64,000 bases of DNA from Cyanophora paradoxa CCMP329. Lineage: Eukaryota > Plantae > Glaucophyta. A program made the translations under genes and the position numbers. The stretch is from assembly GCA_004431415.1 (NCBI GenBank), contig QPMI01000615.1:161542-225541 (forward strand). Direction: 5' to 3'. Position 1 is the first letter of the stretch. Each line of letters begins with the position of its first letter. Shown here piece after piece: positions 50,301 through 63,840 of this stretch. The notes beneath the pieces are model-generated. The model was not told where the DNA came from and did not search any database. It worked only from the letters and a program-made list of their open reading frames with translations.

Positions 50301-53300
50301 GGCGTTCTACCATGCTCACGCGTTAATGCACCCCGTCGATGAGCCGAACACGCGCCTCGGCCCGACACCAACTGATCTTCCGCCCTACCCGGTGCCTGAG
50401 ACCACGGTCGCTGCAGCTGGGGGAGTGAGCCGCAAGTTGGCGTCGATTTACGTCGCTGCCGTTCTACACGACTGGCCGGCTCGACAGCGGGACAAGATTA
50501 AGCCGCATCTCACTCTCCGAACCAACGACGTCGACATGGAGTACTTGCGACTCGCCGCCGAGAACGCGCGACTTCGGGACCCGACGCAGTTTTCGGCGAG
50601 GTACCTCGAAGTCCACAACGTGTTGACAGACATCCTTCGTCGCCGCACGCCTGGAACGCCGTCCCCGACCACTCCGCCGACAAGCACGCGCAGCTGCTGG
50701 CCGACGAACAGCTCGCACGTGAACTGCAGGCTCGCCTCGACGCCGAAGCTGCCAAGGGAGAGGACCCGGTGCAGGCCGCGGCGCAAGCCCCCTACTTGCA
50801 GGCTGCAATCGGTGGTATTGCTCGTGGCCGCACCATGGACGCCCGTCGCCGTACTGCGGCAGCACAGGCTCCACCGCGCCAATCGGCGAGGCACGGGGGA
50901 ACGGTCAGGGGCCGCGGCCGCGCGCTCCCGATTCATACCAGCCGGCCCCAGACCCCGGGCAACCCTCACTACCACGACGACGACATGACGTGCCCAACGG
51001 CACCGGTGACACCGCCGACCGACGCCCGGAGCCCCCGGCCCCGCGGAACGACCCACCCCCTGCGCCCGAGGTGACGGCCTCGTCGACGGACACTCCGGAC
51101 GCCCAGCCCGTTGCACCCGCGACGACGACTCCGGACGCCCAGCCCGTTGCACCCGTGACGACGACTCCGGTGACCCCGACGCCCGCTCTCGAGACGCCGG
51201 TCTCGTCGACGGCCGCTCGAGATGCTTCGCCCATCGCACCGGCGATGGCGACCTCGCTGACGACCCCGCACAGCGTCCCGTCCCCCACGGCCGTGGCTGC
51301 GGTCTCGACGGCCCCGTCGCCTGCGCCTGAGCTACTGGCCCCGTCCGACGCCCCGCCAGCCCGGCCACGACTGTGACGGCGGCCCCGCCGCAGAGCCCGG
51401 CCCAACCCCCGATGCTGCCGATCCCGTCACTTCACCCGACTACACTGCACCGACCGACGCGTCGATGCCTGACTCGACGACTGCCGACTCGTCGGGCACT
51501 GAGAGGACCGAGGACGTGCCCATGGGCGACCCGCGCGTTTCGAGGGGAATCATCGTCGACACGCCGACCTTGCCGAGCCCTCACGACGACCGTGACAGTC
51601 CTCCTGACACCGACGAAGACACGTCCAGCGACTCGGAGCCCGAGATCAAGGACGTGGCCGCCGACCTTGGACACCGCCACGCCTGGACGATCCTTCGCCT
51701 CAAGCCCGTGGTGCACAACCAGCTGCGTGCGTACCTGGACACGCCGCGACGCTTCATGGTCACAACGACGACGACGGATTGGCGCAAGACCCCTGAGACG
51801 CCGACCCTCTTCGCCGCCAGCGAGCTCACGAGCTGCATGCACCTCGCAGCTGCCCGCAGCAACACGCCTACTGGGCAACCGTTGCTGGGTACTCGCCCGA
51901 GTGACCAGGCTCACTACCTCCTTCAACATCTGACCGAATTCCGCTCCGTCATCCACGTCATCATGCGCCTCGCGCGGGCTCAGCCCTTCGCGCCTGGGGA
52001 GACGGCGACCACGTGGCCTCACCCGAACGACCCGCTCGCCGATGTCCTCGGACGGCCAGAGATGCTGGAGCTGTTTGGTTTGACACCGACAGAGTTCACT
52101 CTTGTACACCAGTCCAAGACTCCAGTCGTACCGTGCATCCTTCAGGTGGCTGTCAACCTTGCCCGCAATCTCCGGACGCTGCACTACGACGTGGAGATGA
52201 CGGAGAGCGATGAACGGTTCTTGAACTTCGACAAGATCACGAACACGGCGACGCGCCTTGCAACAATCAGGCAACTGGTCCAAACTGTCAAGTTCACGGC
52301 CCCGCTCACAGGACCTGACGACATCTATCTGTCTACGCTTCGACACGGTTCACCGCCGCCCGACATCGCCTTGTCGATGCGTTCGACGGCCCTGGCGCGG
52401 GCGTGGGACATCGCTGCATACTTCGACCATTACAAGTGGGACGAGACGCGCGACCGCTACGGGGATAGCCGATTTGCTCACCTCTACGACGTTCGTGACC
52501 CAGCACCGAGCTCCGACCGTCCATGGCCGACGAGTCACGCGCCGTTGCTGTCAATGCTCACCGAGCAAGTCGAGAACGTACTCCGCCTCGTCAACATCAC
52601 AGCCGACGTCGAGGGCCCCGGCAACTTCCTGCGCCGTTACTACACGTCCCGTTTCAACCCGAAATCCGACGCGAACCCGGCTACGAACCAGCGGGCGACC
52701 GCCGAGCTCGCGGAGGAGATCCGGCTGAACAGCCAGTTAGCAGTGGTCGCGGCACGCGATGTCCATCGTCTGCGCACGCCCCCCGTCAGCGAGTCCGACC
52801 TACACCACTGTCTTCGGCACGGACTGTCCCGTCACCGCTCCGGCGTCCTCCCCTCAAATTTCACGAACGTCGTCGCCGCGTCTGTCACGGAGACGACTGC
52901 GCTGGCAAGGCTCGCCGAGCTACATGACACCACCGTTGTCGCGATGTCAATCACTACGTTCATGCACAAGCGTCAACTCGCCAAGAAGGGCAAACCGATC
53001 CGTCTCGAATCGCGACTGCACGCCCCCGTCTTCACCCCGAAGCAGCCCGAGCCAGCTGTCGAGCTCTATTACAACTCTGACCGTTACATAATGGTGCACC
53101 CTGAAGAGGCGGCGCTCCTGGCGTGCAAAACTGCGTGGCGCTCCCATATCCTCCAGCTGACTCTCGAGGCCATGCGTCGCGCGTACAAGCTCGAGACGGA
53201 GTCAAGCACTCGTACTGCGAGCAAGCTTGCTTTCGGCCTCGTCGCTCGACTCGACACTGCACTTAGCAAGGCTACGACCACCCAGCGCTTGGCGGTAACA

Positions 53301-56300
53301 CGGGCCTTCCTCCTGGACGCCGAGCATCGATTGAATCTGTTCTACTGCATGCTTTACCCGCGCTACCGCGATCACCTACTCCCTGTCCTCCCCAGTCCGA
53401 TGGTACCCGTCACCGACCCTCTCGCCGTCCCGGTCCCACGGCCCCTGAGCGCGACGTTGACGAGTACGGATACCTGACACAGTGGACGTCGGACGGCATC
53501 GACATCTTGCCTCGCGTTCCTGACTGGGATTCCCTCGTTGGACTTGTCGACGACATGAGCAAGGACACTTTCTGGAACTCCAACACGTACTTCGGGCTTC
53601 GCGCCCGCGCTATGGTCTACGGAACAGAGCGCAAGCGCCCCCGCGAGAAGCGACCGAATGACGAGAAGTTGCAGAAGAAGGAGCGCAAGGCCGCCCGGCT
53701 CACTCCCGAGGAGGTCGACTCCATCATCTCCAGAATTTTGAGCGAACTCCACACTGTTCCTTTCAAGGAGGTGCTACTCTCGGAGAACGCTGACATTCCT
53801 GACGTCTATTTCTGGGCCTTCCTCAACGAGGAATGGGCGAAGGGCTTCACGGTCGTCGACGGCGCTGGCTACCAGCACGGAGTGTGGCCGGATCTGAGCG
53901 GCGTGATGGTCCGACGGGAACCGCGACCTGATTCGACGGAGAACGAGCGCGACACGTTCTATGCGGGTTTTGGACGGCGCAACAATCACATCAACGGGGA
54001 ATTATTCGCCCAAACGATCAACGACTGGTACCCAATCCGTCTCCACAATCCTCGCCCCCACTCCCGTACGGCATGCGCACATACAGCCCGAGGAGACGCG
54101 AGCTGGAGGTGACTTCCTACCTCTGGATACTGATCCGGGACGGGATACCTCCTATCACATCTTCATGACACCGCTTCTCTTCACGAACACGGACTTCCTG
54201 GCCACAGCGTACTGCAAAACGATCCAGGAACATGGGCGACACGCGCCCCACATCTTCGCCGTCGCGGCTCACATCCTCGGAGGCCAGCCCCGTTCGGACA
54301 GACGGCTGATCTGACCGAGGAGCTCACTGTGGAGGACGGGCACAGACCGGAGGAGCTCCCGGAGCCGCCGCGGTCGAAGAGCTGGAGGGAATCCCGACTC
54401 GGGACCCACCCCAGTTCATCCCGCCACCACGACAAAGAAGTACATGCACGTCCTAGTGAGGTCCACATGCCATACGTGCTACTCGGCGACTCTGGTCTCG
54501 AGGCATTTCTCCGGCGCGTCCCGTACATGCGCCCATTCCTCATGAAGATGCACGTACGCTGGTCGAACTTCTCGCGAGCACTCAGTCGTGTCCTACGCTA
54601 CGGCGTCGGCCCGGCACCTACCCGTACCGCGCCGGTGCTCCCGGCCATGGCGAACTCAGCCAGCACAACCGCGCGGGCCTGCCCTTCCGATCGTTCCTGA
54701 TCACGGCCGCCGACGAGTTCCACCCGGCCAACAAGTATGCCGACTACTTCGACTGCATCTACGACGAGGACAACACGCGCACCTCCGTGACTCCGCTTCA
54801 CGTCAAGATGTCGAACGATGCTTCTACGAGATTGCCATGCCCGACGACCTCAACGCGCCGCCCATGACTCTTACGCCGGCCAATGCTGACCTGTGCGGCC
54901 CTCGAATCGTCCGATTCACGCACGTTGCACCGGCCGGACCCAGCCGCGGTGCCCCCAACACGATCCAGAACCGCTCGCACATCACTATCTTCGACGCGAA
55001 CAACCGGAACACCTGGCAGCAGATCATCGCGGGCACGAGGAAACCCCCAAACGAGGCGGCGGGGCCGCACCCGTGCGGCCCCGACCCCAAGTACTTCCCG
55101 GTGTCCGTCAATGACTACACTGGCCCTGGGGGCGTCGTCGTGTCTCTGCGTCGTCGCGGGCCCACGGGCACCGCGCCTGCAACGCCCCCGTCGTCCACCA
55201 GGTCCTGGGGTTCCCGCTTTCGGTACACACTTGGGTGTACGGAATCGCAGCGTACCTGGCGGCGGCAGTCAAGCTGCACGGTGCCTTGTCGTTCTTCCTC
55301 GAGCCCCTACCGGGGGAACTCGGGAACATCATCATCGACTACGTTCGTAGCCACGAGGATGAGCTGCACTTCCGCTTCACGGCTTCAGGCGAAGTGGCGC
55401 GCAGTGCCAAACTCGACAAATGGTACGAGGTCGAGTACCCTGACTGCGAACGCGTCGACCCGGCACATTTAATCACAGCCTTCGAATCCCTACTGCACAA
55501 GGCAACCAACGACTGGTTGGCGGTCCAGATCAAGCACGAGACACCCCCGGCGGCTCGCGAAGATGTCGACATGGATCGAAACCACTGCTGGCCCGTAGCA
55601 TTCCGACTCCCGGATGGAGTCATCAACGCACTCAACGCCCAAGTCCGGGGCGCTGACTTCGATCCCACGAACGATCCGTCACACCCGCATCGTCCCAGTG
55701 TCTATGACGTCAACGCGAGCGCAGTGCGCAACGCTATTATGGATTTCGAACAGCGATACGCCGACATACACGAGCAATTCCGTCACGCCGAATATGGCAA
55801 CTTCACATTCGATCCATTCTACAATGAATTCGGCGCCGCCATCTTCAGTCGCGAACCGCAGGCGCGGGCGCTACTCCACGGTTGGTTGGAACAATTCGTT
55901 TACAATCACGCCACCGTCGACGCGGCGACGAGGCGGCCCATCACGTTCACTAGCCGCGAAGCCTACCGGGCGGTACAGATCGTCGACGTCCTCCCCTGCG
56001 TCACTCCCTGGGCGATCCGGACAACGACAGCCTCCTTCGTCAGATCCCCACATTTACATTGGTCACGGCCCCACGGCGCGCCCGTCGACCCGTACGAAGG
56101 CCGCACGCGCTTCACTAACATCATGAACTACATCACTACGACGAAGGCAGAGGAGTCGCGCGCGTACATTGGGACCCGCGCCTCGACGGCAAGATCAAGC
56201 TCGTGGGCACGGACGAGTACATTCGTCGGAACCCTGGGATTGCGCGCAAGCCCTTTGTCCGACCCTTCGTCGTCTGGTCGACCGACTTCAAGGATCTGCG

Positions 56301-57600
56301 CACCAACGAGCCGACGGGACTGGCACGCTTCGGTCACATCCAGGGTGTTGTCTTCAAGCCATCTGGCAGTAACAGGCCTCCGCGTCGTAGTCCTACGGGG
56401 ACCGAGACGACGGGAACCTCTGACGGCGACGACTCCAGCTCGGACAGTGGTGGCTCCACCGCCGAGTCCGTAGCTCCATCGGAGACCCCGTCGGCCGGGA
56501 CGCCGAGCCTAGCCTCGCGCGTGCAGTCGTCCGCGTTCGCCCCCCACGGCCTCCTTGGACCGCTCACACGGCAGCACACGTACACGATCGCATACAACGA
56601 CCTCACTAATCCCAGGACGTCGACGGATCTCACGATGGGCTGCTGGCTCCTCTACTCTGGACGGGACCGGACTACGAGCGGATCACGTCCGCGCGACACC
56701 GTGCCTTCGAGGACCCTGAATTCGCTGCCAGTTATCACTTGTACGACTGGTCGCCGCTTCAGCGGTCTCACCAACTCAACGCCCACGCAATCCTGGAGAC
56801 GCTCCACGAGATCGAGAACTTTCGGTGGATTTCACAACCTCTCAGGGCCTGTCAGCCGACCTCGCTTTCACTCGCGCCTTGTTCACTCGGGCGGCCTTCA
56901 TCCTCAATTCAATCGGCCTCGCGGCGTGGGACGTGGTCCTCCACAATGACTTCCGTAGTCATGACGCTCAACGGACACGTTTCTACGAGCGGCACGTACT
57001 CCAACGCGACACGCGCCTCCGCCACGCTTGGCCCCAACTCGTCAAATATCTCCGGGCGTCTCTCTCGCGCCACCGCGAAGCCATCCCGTTCCGATCCCCC
57101 GGAGAGCCTGGCTACCGGCCGGCTGAACGACGGGATGGCGCAGCGGGGACCGAAGTTGACGCGATCAACGAGATTCACTATGGCTGGCCCAGCAACCGCC
57201 ACCTCAACAAGCTCGCAAACGCCGACTGCAAGCCCATCCTTGGCGTCGGATACTTTTCAGCCACAATGCGCAATCACCGGCCCCGCTGCGTCTGTCGGCA
57301 GCTCCCTGCAGGGCACGCCCATTCGCCGCGACGGACGTCCTCATGAACGTGCACAGGCGGACAACCACGCGGAAGCGACTCGCCTCAAGCGGACGGCACC
57401 GCTCCCGCCAGCCAGCGTCATCTCCGGTTCGACACCGTGCACACCGTATGAGCAGAGCTACCTCGCCTCGCTTCGCGTCTGCGCGGCACGCATGTTGGGA
57501 TTTGACGACGTCGAGGACCCCTTGACGTTCCCCTCTTCGGCGACGGCGGCCCGTCAGTACCACACCCATTGCGCGAATGACGGACACGAACCGCACGCTC
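47332..57600 (+). CDS. ~10-kb accessory coding region of unknown function between gag and protease (chain of overlapping + strand ORFs)
   Basis: Globular-looking ORFs abut or overlap by single frameshifts: 47332-47850, 47786-48436, 48800-49732, 49687-50070, 50266-50988, 51465-53477 (670 aa), 53507-54112, 55235-56473 and 56825-57346. No introns or AT-rich gaps are evident. Confidence 0.75.
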
Positions 57601-60600
57601 AGAGAGCGCATCAACGACGGCCGAATCTGCGTCAACTTGCATATCGCCGCTATCGATCACCGACGACAAGTCCTTCAATACCTCCTCACCAAGGCATTGG
57701 TGGATACAGGAGCCGCTGCGGACGTACTCGACGGCAGTATCGCCGACAAACTGCCAGGCCTTCGCTACAGCAACGCTCCGCGCGTGCACCTCACCGGCTT
57801 TGGAACGGACATGACTGCCTATGCGCGCATCGCATTCATTGCAATTAAGGTTGGTCGGTCACAATTCCGCGGAAGGTCCTCGTCGTCGCGCCTGGTCTCA
57901 TGGGCAACACTCCAATGCTACTCGGCCTCACAACGCTGGTGCGCTCAACGCTCACATCGTGCTCGACCCAGCAAATTGGGGAATGACGATCACGTCGCCT
58001 GACTCCTCGGATGGCGAACGATTCCACGTCCCTTTTCGGCTGCGGGCCAGCACGACGGCGGCGTTCTGGTCCGATTGGCGAAGGACATCACTGTACGGCC
58101 GGGTGAATCGCTCGTTCGATGTTACATGCCACAAACGACTTCGAACACGACTCTCGGCGCACCGGAAGTCCTCCTCACTCCGCCACCACTCCTCCTCGAC
58201 GACGACGGCTTCGACGGAGCCGACGAAGTCGAATTCTTGGTGCCATACCAAATTCACCGCAACCCAGCACACGGCACGTTTTTCGTGCAGATCTGCAACC
58301 TCACAGGCGGCCTGTCCGCCTGCGAGCCGGAACTGTGATTGCGGAGACTGAATTCGGGACTTGGCGGAGTCCGAATTCCGTCCACACGAGAATGTCGAGA
58401 CCTACCCCAAGGGTGTTACAGCTCCTGGACACCTCAACAACAACTGACATTCCGATCTCTTCCGTAGCCGCGCAAATCTACGAGAACTTCAAGCCTGTGT
58501 CGTACCCCGACGCTCGCAACCACGGCGCTACATCTCCCGAGCCCGACGCCTCTACCCGGAGGTCTACCACCGACGACCGCCCGAACCCAACTGCAAGGAG
58601 GGCGAGGCGGCGCATGTTGGCTCCGTCGATGCTGCTGCCGACATCCCGCTATCCCACGAGGCCAGCGAGCGTCTCATGTCGTACGTCGCACGTGTCGTCA
58701 CCCCCTTACACTGCTCGAACCGGCGATCACTTCAACGACAAGGAGCTCATGGAGCTGGCCAGTTTCTTCGAGCCTCACTTCGCCCGCTTCGACTCCGAGC
58801 CGATGCTGGTTGGCCCCGCAGTCGGCCCCACGGTGCCCATCGCGTCCGTCAATGCCGACGCTCGAATGGAGCCCCGTCGAGTGACACTGCGCCTCCTACA
58901 AAGCCATCGCCCGAGACCATCAAGGCGATGGTGGACGCCCTGTTGAAACCATCGGAGTCGAACCCCGACGCCCTTCCCGAGGATCGCACTCAACTCCAGA
59001 ACCTTCTCACGCAACGCCAGCACTGCTTCGCCCAGAACATCAATCCACGCGAGCTCCTGAAGTACAAGCACAGCATCCGACTTCTGCCCGGCGTCCCCGC
59101 CAAGCACCTCCCGCTGTACACCGTCCCTCGCCGGCTCTCTCCGCCTGCGGAGAAGGCTGCGAAGGCGGAAATCGAGAAGCTGCTACGCGACGGTCTCATC
59201 GAGCCTTCGCAGCTGGTTTCGGCAGCCCCGTGGTGCTGGCACCGAAGAAGGATGGCACGATGCGATTCTGCGTCGACTACAGAAGCTCAATTCCCTCACG
59301 GAACGCGATGTCTTCCCGTTGCCACGCATTGAGGACCAATTGGAGCGCCTACAGGGTGCGTCCACGTTCTCGACTGGCGACGCAACGTCGGGTTTCTGGC
59401 AGTTGGAACTCGACGAGGAGTCACGTGACCTGACGACATTCATCGTCCCCTGGGGAATGTACAGGTGGAAAGTGACCCCTTTTGGTATCACGAACGGCCC
59501 AGCGGCGTTCTGTCGAGCCGTGACGTCAATTTTGGGCAACCTTTTGTCCACCTGCGTCGTGGCGTACGTCGATGACCTCACGGTCCACTCGCCGAACGTC
59601 AAACAACACCTTCTCGACCTGGAGGCCTTCTTCGCTGCGATCGACCGCGGTAACCTCAAACTCAAGCCCAGCAAATGTCGTTTCATGGTGCGGGAAGTCG
59701 AGCTGCTCGGATTCCGTGTCAGCAGCGACGGCATTCGCATGGACCCCAAGAAGGTTGAGATCATCTCCAAGATCACGGCGAACGAACTCCAGACTGTCGA
59801 GCAACTCCGCAGTTTCCTCGGCCTCACGGGCTTCTACCGGCGCTTCGTACAGAGTTACGCGCGACGGGAACTTTCCCTGCGAGACCTCCTTACGGACGCA
59901 CTACGAGCCGACCGGCTCAACTTGGTGTGGAATGACGAGGCTCTCGCTGCGTTGGACGACCTCAAGAAGGCGATGTGCGAGGACATTGTGCTGATGCTGC
60001 CCGACTTCACGAAGCCGTTCATCATTTACACGGACTGGAGCAAACGGGCCATGGGAGCGGTGCTCATGCAGGAGGACAAGGACGGCCGCGAGCGCCCGAT
60101 CGCATTCATCAGTCGTACTCTGACAAACATGGAGCGCAAGTACCAATCACCAACGGAGGGCGAATGCATTGCGGTACTCTGGGCGGTTAAGGTCTGGCAC
60201 CACTACTTCGTCTGCGGCCACCCGTTCACGATCCGCACGGATCATTCGGCGTTGCAATGGTGAAGACACAGGAGCTGGCGAACAACAAGACGCTTGGGCG
60301 CGCGGCCATCGCCCTCAACCACTACAACTACGTATACACTATCGAGTACCGCAACGGGCGGTCGAACGTCGTTGCGGACTGCTGCTCTCGCCTTGCGGAG
60401 ACGCACGCAGTGTACAAGCCTGGCGGCGCTGACGGCACTGACATCACGACTTCGATACCAGACGGCGCTCACGGGTTCGGTGTGCCCGATGCGGGAGACT
60501 ACGACGATCCACGCGAACTCTACCGCGTCGCCATCCACCGCACCTCCTCGGCCCTGCAACATACTCTGGACGGGCCGGCGTGGATCCCTACTGGGATAGA

Positions 60601-63272
60601 CGCCGCGCCACCACGCGACCCGAGCACCTTGCCCCGGCGCCACCGCGCGAGACCGCGACGACCCTCAGACTTCACGGCGACGTCCAAGGTCGTTGACGCC
60701 CGACACTCAGCGAGTGCGTGACATCGTCGAGAACGGCGGCCTGGAGACGTGGAGTCCCAGATCACGCTGGAACGGCTCCACGAGAACGGCGCCCTCTCTG
60801 CCCCCGACGTCGTACCCATGGAAGTTGACACGCCTGCACCGGCCGCAGCGGCAGACGAGGCGGCGCGACGGCCCCTCCTGCACGGCGACGCCGCGGGTGA
60901 CGAACCTCGAGCATACACTCGACGGCGCGGCCTGGCTACCGGCGAGGGTCGCCGCCGCCGACTTCAAGTTCAAGGACAGGAGAGCTCCGCTGACGGGCTT
61001 CAAGCTCGAGGACGGGAGAGCTCGGCCCGGAGGCCTCGGTCTCAGTCACCGGAAGGAGGGGAGGGGGTACAGACGAGGAGAGCGAGCCGTCGCTACCCCG
61101 TCCATCTTTGCGAGGCTTCGATCGTCAAGCAGCTGACCGCACGCTACGCGACTCTGTGGAACGGGCACGACGCGGCCCTCACGGATGACGGCCAATCTTC
61201 GCAGTCCTCGGCGTCCGACGGAACGTCGAACTCAAGACGGAGCACGGCTTGGAGTGTCCCGCGCCAATACCAGCGACGGCTTGAAAAGGACTACGCTGAC
61301 CGCCTCGCCAGTGATCGCGACAGACGTTCGCGTGCGGCCCGAGATCTGCACGAAGCCTCGCGGGAAAGGACGGCGACGACGCTCGAACGGCGACGCCAAC
61401 TGGCAGAGATGGCCGTACCCCGTCTGAGATCGACGCGCTCGTACCCCTGCCCTCTGTTCGGAACCGAACCCGGAGGAGCGGCGCAGACGGGACAATCCCG
61501 CAAGGCGCTGAACGCCAAGGCATGCCCCGTACCGCGGGTGAAGCCTCCCAAGGGCAAGAATTCACGGCAGTCTCGATATGCCATTGCGCCCCCGTCGCAT
61601 CTCGACGTTGCTGACGAGGAAGAGTACATGCACTTCTGCAGCAAGAACGTGACTCGGTCGTCCGCGACCTGATCCCATTCTAGCAGCGCTATCGCCCGCT
61701 GGACGAAGGTGAAGGCGCCCAGAATGAGCCGACACACGTTCGCTTGCCGCGTGGCACCGTTGTCATGGACACCTGGAGCGAGGGCCCCCGCCCCCTCGTT
61801 GACGTTCCTCCGCCACGACGATCCGTGAACTTGTTTCCGATGGGACCGCGGTCATCATGGCTCAGGCTCGTGACCCTCTTTGCCAGATGGTGTCGCACTT
61901 CTTCGCGAGAAGGAGAACCTGGCGCGCTGTCACTCCCACTACACTGCTGGTGAACGTGACCCGGAGGTGCTTGGGAGCTGCATTCTCTGCAAGTCTGCAC
62001 GCGATCGCTTCGCTCGTGAAGCACTCAGTACACGATCGATGAGCAAGATACCGTACTGCGGTTGCCCTTGCTCCCCACTATGCGGCCTCAGATCGTTGTA
62101 CCCCAGAGTGGCGGGAGAAGATTGTTCACGCTTACCACGATGACTGGGCTCACCGTGGTGCCCCCATTGTTGCTCGGCGCATCGCCTCACGGTTTTGGTG
62201 GCCGGGCATGACGACTGCTGTCCATCGCTACGTGAAGACGTGCCGACACTGTCAGTTTGCCAAGGCTCACAAGAAGCCGAAGTCACAATTCACTGTGATC
62301 GAGTCTGAGCATCCTGGCGACTTGCGTCAAGCCGATCACTTCCTATGGCGCCTCTGAGAACGGTCGACTTCACCGTTTCACACTTGTGCACATTGACGTC
62401 GACGCTTTTACCAAGTACCCTGAGATTTTGATGCTGACGGAGGCTGATGGTCGTGCCTGTGAGTGGCTGCACAAACTGTGTACGCGAATCACGGCCCTTG
62501 CAAGCGGTATCTCACGGATAACGCCAAGGTCTTCACGCCTACTAGTCTCTGGGGCAAATTCTGGACTCGCCAGGGTACTCGGTTGATTTACGCTCCCACG
62601 TCCACCAGTCACGAACGGCGGTGCTGAGCGGCTTGGTGGCATTTACAAGCGCTTGGTGTATGCTCTTTGCGATGAGAACGGGAGGACAATTCCCATTGGC
62701 CTTTCTATCATTATCGCGTGCTCTTCGCTCTCCGGACCACGATTCACGCTGCCACTGGTTTTTCACCCGCCGCTCTGCACTTTGGACGAGAATTGATGTT
62801 GCCTGGCGATCTTCGTCTCGACCTCACCCTGCGCGAACCTCACGAAGATCCCGTTTCTCTCTACGATTACGCTTGTCGGTCGCTCGAGCGCCCGCGACCA
62901 AATCTCTGCCGTCCGAGAACACCGCAAACTTTACAACAAGAAGTTGCTTCGCTATGGCACTGGCCGTGAGCTGCATCGTGTTTTCAAGCCTGGTGACAAA
63001 GTGTTGTGCTGGATTATCAGCGCGAAGACAGTAACGTCAAGCGCACTGGGCCTCGCAATGGTTGGACTGGCCCTTACACTGTCACTGAGGTTCACTCTCA
63101 CGGTCTTTTGTACACTGTCCGAGGCGATGACACTTCACTGGTGTATCGCTCGCGCGAGGTTCTCATGCACGTTGATCTCATGATCGCTTTTCACGAGCGT
63201 TCCTGCCAATGTTCTCGCTCCCCGCAAAGCCGTCGCCCTCGCAAGGCCCCCGTGCCTGTGCGCCGATCATGA
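57577..63272 (+). CDS. pol: Pol: aspartic protease, reverse transcriptase, RNase H and integrase (frameshifted in this assembly)
   Basis: PR ALVDTGAAADVL (~57695). RT PKKDGTMRFCVDYR, DATSGFWQL, TPFGITNGPA, AYVDDL (~59230-59850). RH IIYTDWSKRAMGAVL..PTEGEC..IRTDHSAL..NVVADCCSR. IN HAYHDDWAHRG..FWWPGM..YVKTCRHCQ (~62080-62265), DAFTKY, NGGAER, TGFSPAALHFGR and GPY motif WTGPYTV. Confidence 0.93.
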
Positions 63273-63549
63273 GGTCCCCGTGCCTCCGCCACCTGCGTTG
63301 ATCCCGATTCACTTTCCGATGATGACACGACGGATGACGAGTCTTGAATCACAGCCGTACTGCGGTTTACCGGATTCACTTCCGTTGTCGATGACGTGCC
63401 CTCACTGGGATGTGGCTTGCGAGTTTCGGGAATTCTCTCTTGGCGCTGGGTCAGCGGCTGATCACTGCTGCCTGGTTTGCCTCAACAATGGCAGCTCTAC
63501 ATCTCTTCTGATCCAGCCGCGTGGAAGCGTCTGTGAGGACCTGGAGAGC

Positions 63550-63840
63550 TGTTGCCGATAGGGTTCCTAGCCGTTAGTGCTTTGTTTGCACTTCGTTCGC
63601 AGTAGTACGTGACTTGACCCGCGGCTTCTCGCGATTTCCTGAGTCACTGACCCTGTACGAAGATGCGACCCTAGCTACTTTTCTGACTCTAGCTTGATAC
63701 TTCCGGTAGCCGTGTCCTAGGTACACAGTAGTCTGTGATTAGCAGCTTTCTCTTGCAACGTGACAGCCTGCTCGCCTGCTGCTGGTAACGCTACGGGAAG
63801 GTTGCTAAGGTCTACTGGGACGTATAAAACTCCTAAAACA
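63550..63840 (+). repeat. 3' LTR (291 bp)
   Basis: Differs from the 5' LTR by 8 single-base deletions and 1 insertion; no substitutions seen. Confidence 0.95.

Larger units (their letters stand above)
31471..63840 (+). mobile_element. Giant Ty3/gypsy LTR retrotransposon (32.4 kb as assembled; ~19.8 kb without the nested block)
   Basis: Direct LTRs with TGTT..AACA ends. 4-bp TSD GCAG at 31467-31470 and 63841-63844. Gag CCHC knuckles. Domain order PR-RT-RH-IN. Confidence 0.95.

Noticed and set aside
54565-54990. Possible Tpt1/KptA 2'-phosphotransferase (SRALSRVLRYG .. RSHITI)
   Set aside because: The spacing is roughly plausible, but the catalytic RH, QGHS and HGT motifs are missing. It is unsupported without a profile search.
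63280-63549. Chromodomain or env gene after integrase
   Set aside because: No aromatic-cage chromodomain pattern and no long or transmembrane ORF before the 3' LTR.
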